Assembly: GCF_009914755.1 (NCBI RefSeq)
Contig: NC_060939.1
Direction: 5' to 3' (one strand)
DNA length: 64,000 nucleotides
Source of the DNA: the human T2T-CHM13v2.0 reference genome, Homo sapiens
Positions 60,670 through 64,000 of this stretch are shown here, one piece after another; within the stretch, counting starts at the first letter, position 1; every line of letters begins with the position of its first letter. The translations under genes were made by a program, and so were the position numbers. Under the pieces are notes generated by a model. It was not told where the DNA came from. It searched no databases and saw only the letters and a list, made by a program, of their open reading frames with translations.

Positions 60670-63600
60670 AAATATGAAAGTACATCAAATATATATTTTA
60701 TTCTGTACATAAAATATCAAAGTACACCAAATATATATTCAATACTGTACATAAAATATCAAAGTACCCAAGCTATACATTATATACTGTACAAAAAATA
60801 TGAAATTACATCAAATATATATTATATTAGGTACATAAAATATGAAAGTACATCAAATATAGATTATATACCGTACATAAAATATCAAAGTGCCTCAAAT
60901 ATATATTTTATACTGTACATGAAATATCAAAGTTCACAAACTATATATTATATACTGTACATAAAATATCAAAGTACCCAAGGTATATATTCTATACTGT
61001 ACAAAAAATATCAAAGTACCCAAAGCATGTATTATATACTGTACATAAAATATGAAAGTACATCAAATATATATTTTATTCTGTACATAAGATATCAAAG
61101 TAAACCAAATATATATTCTATACTGTACATAAAATATCAAAGTACCCAAACTATACATTATATACTGTACATAAAATATGAAATTACATAAAAATATATT
61201 ATATTAGGTACATAAAATATGAAAATACCTCAAATATAGATTATATACTGTACATAAAATATCAAAGTACCCCAAATATATATTATATACTGTACATGAA
61301 ATATCAAAGTTCAAAAACTATATTTTATATACTGTACATAAAATATGAATATACCCAAGGTATATATTCTATACTGTACAAAAAATATCAAAGTACCCAA
61401 AGCATGTATTATATACTGTACATAAAATATGAAAGTACATCAAATATATATTTTATTCTGTACATAAATTATCAAAGTACACCAAATATATATTCTATAG
61501 TGTATATAAAATATCAAACTACCCAAACTATACATTATATACTGTACATAAAATATGAAATTACATCAAATATATATTATATTAGGTACATAAATTATGA
61601 AAGTACATCAAATATAGATTATATACTGTACATAAAATACCAACATACCCCAAATATATTTTATACTGTACATGAAATATCAAAGTTCACAAACTATATA
61701 TTATATACTGTACATAAAATATCAAAGAACTCAAGGTATATATTCTATACTGTACAAAAAATATATAAGTACCCAAAGCATGTATTATATACTGTACATA
61801 AAATATGAAAGTACATCAAATATATATTTTATTCTGTACATAAGATATCAAAGTACACCAAATTTATATTCTATACTGTACATAAAATATCAAAGTACCC
61901 AAACTATACATTATATACTCTACATAAATTATGAAATTACATCAAATATATATTATATTAGGTAAATAAAATATGAAAGTACATCAAAGATAGATTATAT
62001 ACTGTACATAAAATACCAACATACCCCAAATATATATTTTATACTGTACATGAAATATCAAAGTTCACAAACCATATATTATATTCTGTACATAAAATAT
62101 CAAAGAACTCAAGGTATATAGTCTATACTGTACAAAAAATATATAAGAACCCAAAGCATGTATTATATACTGTACATAAAATATGAAAGTACATCAAATA
62201 TATATTTTATTCTGTACGTAAGATATCAAAGTAAACCAAATATATATTTTATACTGTATATAAAATATCAAAGTACCCAAACTATACGTTATGTACTGTA
62301 CATAAAATATGAAATTACATAAATATATATTATACTAGGTACATAAAATATGAAAGTACATCAAATATAGATTATATACTGTACAGAAAATATCAAAGTA
62401 CCCCAAATATATATTATATACAGTACATGAAATATCAAAGTTCACAAACTATATATTATATACTGTACATAAAATATGAATATACCCAAGGTATATATTC
62501 TATACTGTACAAAAAATATCAAAGTACCCAAAGCATGTATTATATACTGTACATAAAATATGAAAGTACATCAAATATATATTTTATTCTGTACATACAA
62601 TATCAAAGTACACCAAATATATATTCTACAGTGTACATAAAATATCAAAGTACCGAAACTATACATTATATACTGTACATAAAATATGAAATTCCATCAA
62701 ATATATATTATATTAGGTACATAAAATATGAAAGTACATCAAATATAGATTATATGCTGTCCAAAAAATATCAAAGTACCCCAAATATATATTATATACT
62801 ATACATGAAATATCAAAGTTCACACACTATATATTATATACTGTACATAAAATATCAAAGTACCCAAGGTATATATTCTATACTGTACAAAAAATATCAA
62901 AGTACCCAAAGCATGTATTATATACTGTACATAAAATATGAAAGTACATCAAATATATATTTTATTCTGTACATAAAATATCAAAGTACACCACATATAT
63001 ATATTATAGTGTACATAAAATATCAAATTACCCAAAGTATACATTATATACTGTACAAAAAATATGAAATTATATCATATATATATTATATTAGGTACAT
63101 AAAATATGAAAGTACATCAAATATAGATTATATACTGTACATAAAATATCAAAGAACCCCAAATATATATTATATACTGTACATGAAATATCAAAGTTCA
63201 CAAACTATATATTATATACTGTAGATAAAATATCAAAGTACCCAACGTAAATATTCTATACTGTACAAAAAATATCAAAGTACCCAAAGCATGTATTTTA
63301 TACTGTACATAAAATATGAAAGTACATCAAAAATATATTTTATTCTGTACATAAAATATCAAAGTACACCAGATATATATTTTATAGTGTACATAAAATA
63401 TCAAAGTACCCAAACTATACATTATATACTGTACATAAAATATGAAATTACATAATATATATATTATATTAGGTACATAAAATATGAAAGTACGTCAAAT
63501 ATAGATTATATACTGTACATAAAATATAAAAGAACCCCAAATATATATTGTATACTGTACATGAAATATCAAACTTCACAAACTATATATCATATACTGT

Positions 63601-64000
63601 ACATAAAATATCAAAGTACCCAAGGTATATATTCTATACTGTACAAAAAATATCAAAGTACCCAAAGCATGTATTATATACTGTACATAAAAGATGAAAG
63701 TACATCAAATATATATTGTATTCTGTACATAAAATATGGAAGTACACCAGATATATATTTTATAGTGTACATAAAATATCAAAGTACCCAAACTATACAT
63801 TATGTACTGTATATAAAATATGAAATTACATCAAATATATATTATATTAGTTACCTAAAATATGAAATTACATCAAATATAGATTATATACTGTACAGAA
63901 AATATCAAAGTACCCCAAATATATATTATATACAGTACATGAAATATCAAAGTTCACAAACTATATATTATATACTGTATATAAAATATCAAAGTACCCA
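60670..64000 (+). repeat. Long-range copy of ~30560-33340 (offset 30105) followed by ~34095-34650 (offset 29350)
   Basis: ORF offsets are 31191/61296, 31567/61672 and ORF ends 33119/63224. Later variants AAAGATGAAAG and AAAATATGGAAG at ~34341/63691 and 34381/63731 give an offset of 29350. Confidence 0.9.

Larger units (their letters stand above)
1..64000 (+). repeat. 42-bp AT-rich satellite array, human satellite 1A (HSat1A / SAR) type, head-to-tail, single orientation
   Basis: Seen: a continuous 42-bp period, e.g. GTACATAAAATATCAAA (17 bp) + GTACCCAAACTATACATTATATACT (25 bp), very AT-rich, almost no CpG. Established knowledge: classical human satellite I/HSat1A is a 42-bp AT-rich repeat with alternating 17/25-bp RsaI fragments and a 9-mer (378-bp) periodicity. 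Confidence 0.95.
1..64000 (+). repeat. 9-monomer higher-order repeat, 378 bp (L form) and 373 bp (S form, 5-bp deletion in monomer I)
   Basis: Nine monomer types recur in fixed order. In conceptual translation: A KYESTSNIDYILYI, B KYQSTPNIYYILYM, C KYQSSQTIYYILYI, D KYQSTQGIYSILYK, E KYQSTQSMYYILYI, F KYESTSNIYFILYI, G KYQSTPDIYSIVYI, H KYQSTQTIHYILYI, I KYEITSNIYYIRYI. Monomer I is AAATATATATTATATTAGG (L) or AAATATATATTAGG (S). Successive S-unit ORF starts are 373 apart (8804, 9177, 9550, 9923). Confidence 0.95.

Noticed and set aside
45-63224. About 140 ORFs encoding Y/I/K-rich 14-aa repeat proteins
   Set aside because: They are translations of the 42-bp satellite. Starts and stops track satellite SNPs and indels, frameshifts and stops are abundant, and there is no unique domain or gene structure.
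1-64000. CRISPR-like appearance (constant ~24-bp core alternating with a variable ~18-bp segment)
   Set aside because: The variable parts are mutually homologous and cycle through nine fixed types instead of being unique spacers. There is no leader and there are no cas genes.
1-64000. TATA-box-like and AATAAA polyadenylation-like motifs
   Set aside because: They are expected by chance in such AT-rich repeats, and nothing in the context supports specific regulatory sites.
1-64000. Assignment to a specific chromosome, or to alpha satellite, HSat1B, HSat2 or HSat3
   Set aside because: There are no 171-bp monomers, CENP-B boxes, CATTC repeats or Alu-derived segments. HSat1A occurs on several chromosomes and no unique flank is present, so an alignment to a complete assembly would be needed.

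Overview
The whole 64-kb window is one uninterrupted, single-orientation array of an extremely AT-rich 42-bp tandem satellite. It matches human classical satellite 1A (HSat1A/SAR): GTAC (RsaI) sites cut the monomer into alternating 17- and 25-bp parts. Nine monomer types (here A-I) form a 378-bp higher-order repeat (HOR), and a 373-bp variant carries a 5-bp deletion in monomer I. I see no genes, RNA genes, transposons, CRISPR arrays or inversions. All ORFs arise because the 42-bp (14-codon) monomer has one stop-poor frame. I found no new protein-coding system. The interest lies in the array's architecture. There are alternating domains with and without the 373-bp HOR and nested near-identical segmental duplications (periods 6375, 3003, 1680, 2600, 3538/9, 1496, 4334 and 1875 bp, most of which decompose exactly into HOR/monomer counts). 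There are also truncated or rearranged HORs. Finally, the 54.6-64 kb region is a compressed, collinear mosaic of 4.4-34.7 kb. Breakpoints were located by eye from diagnostic variants and are approximate (about +/-50 bp). The chromosome of origin cannot be determined from the sequence alone.
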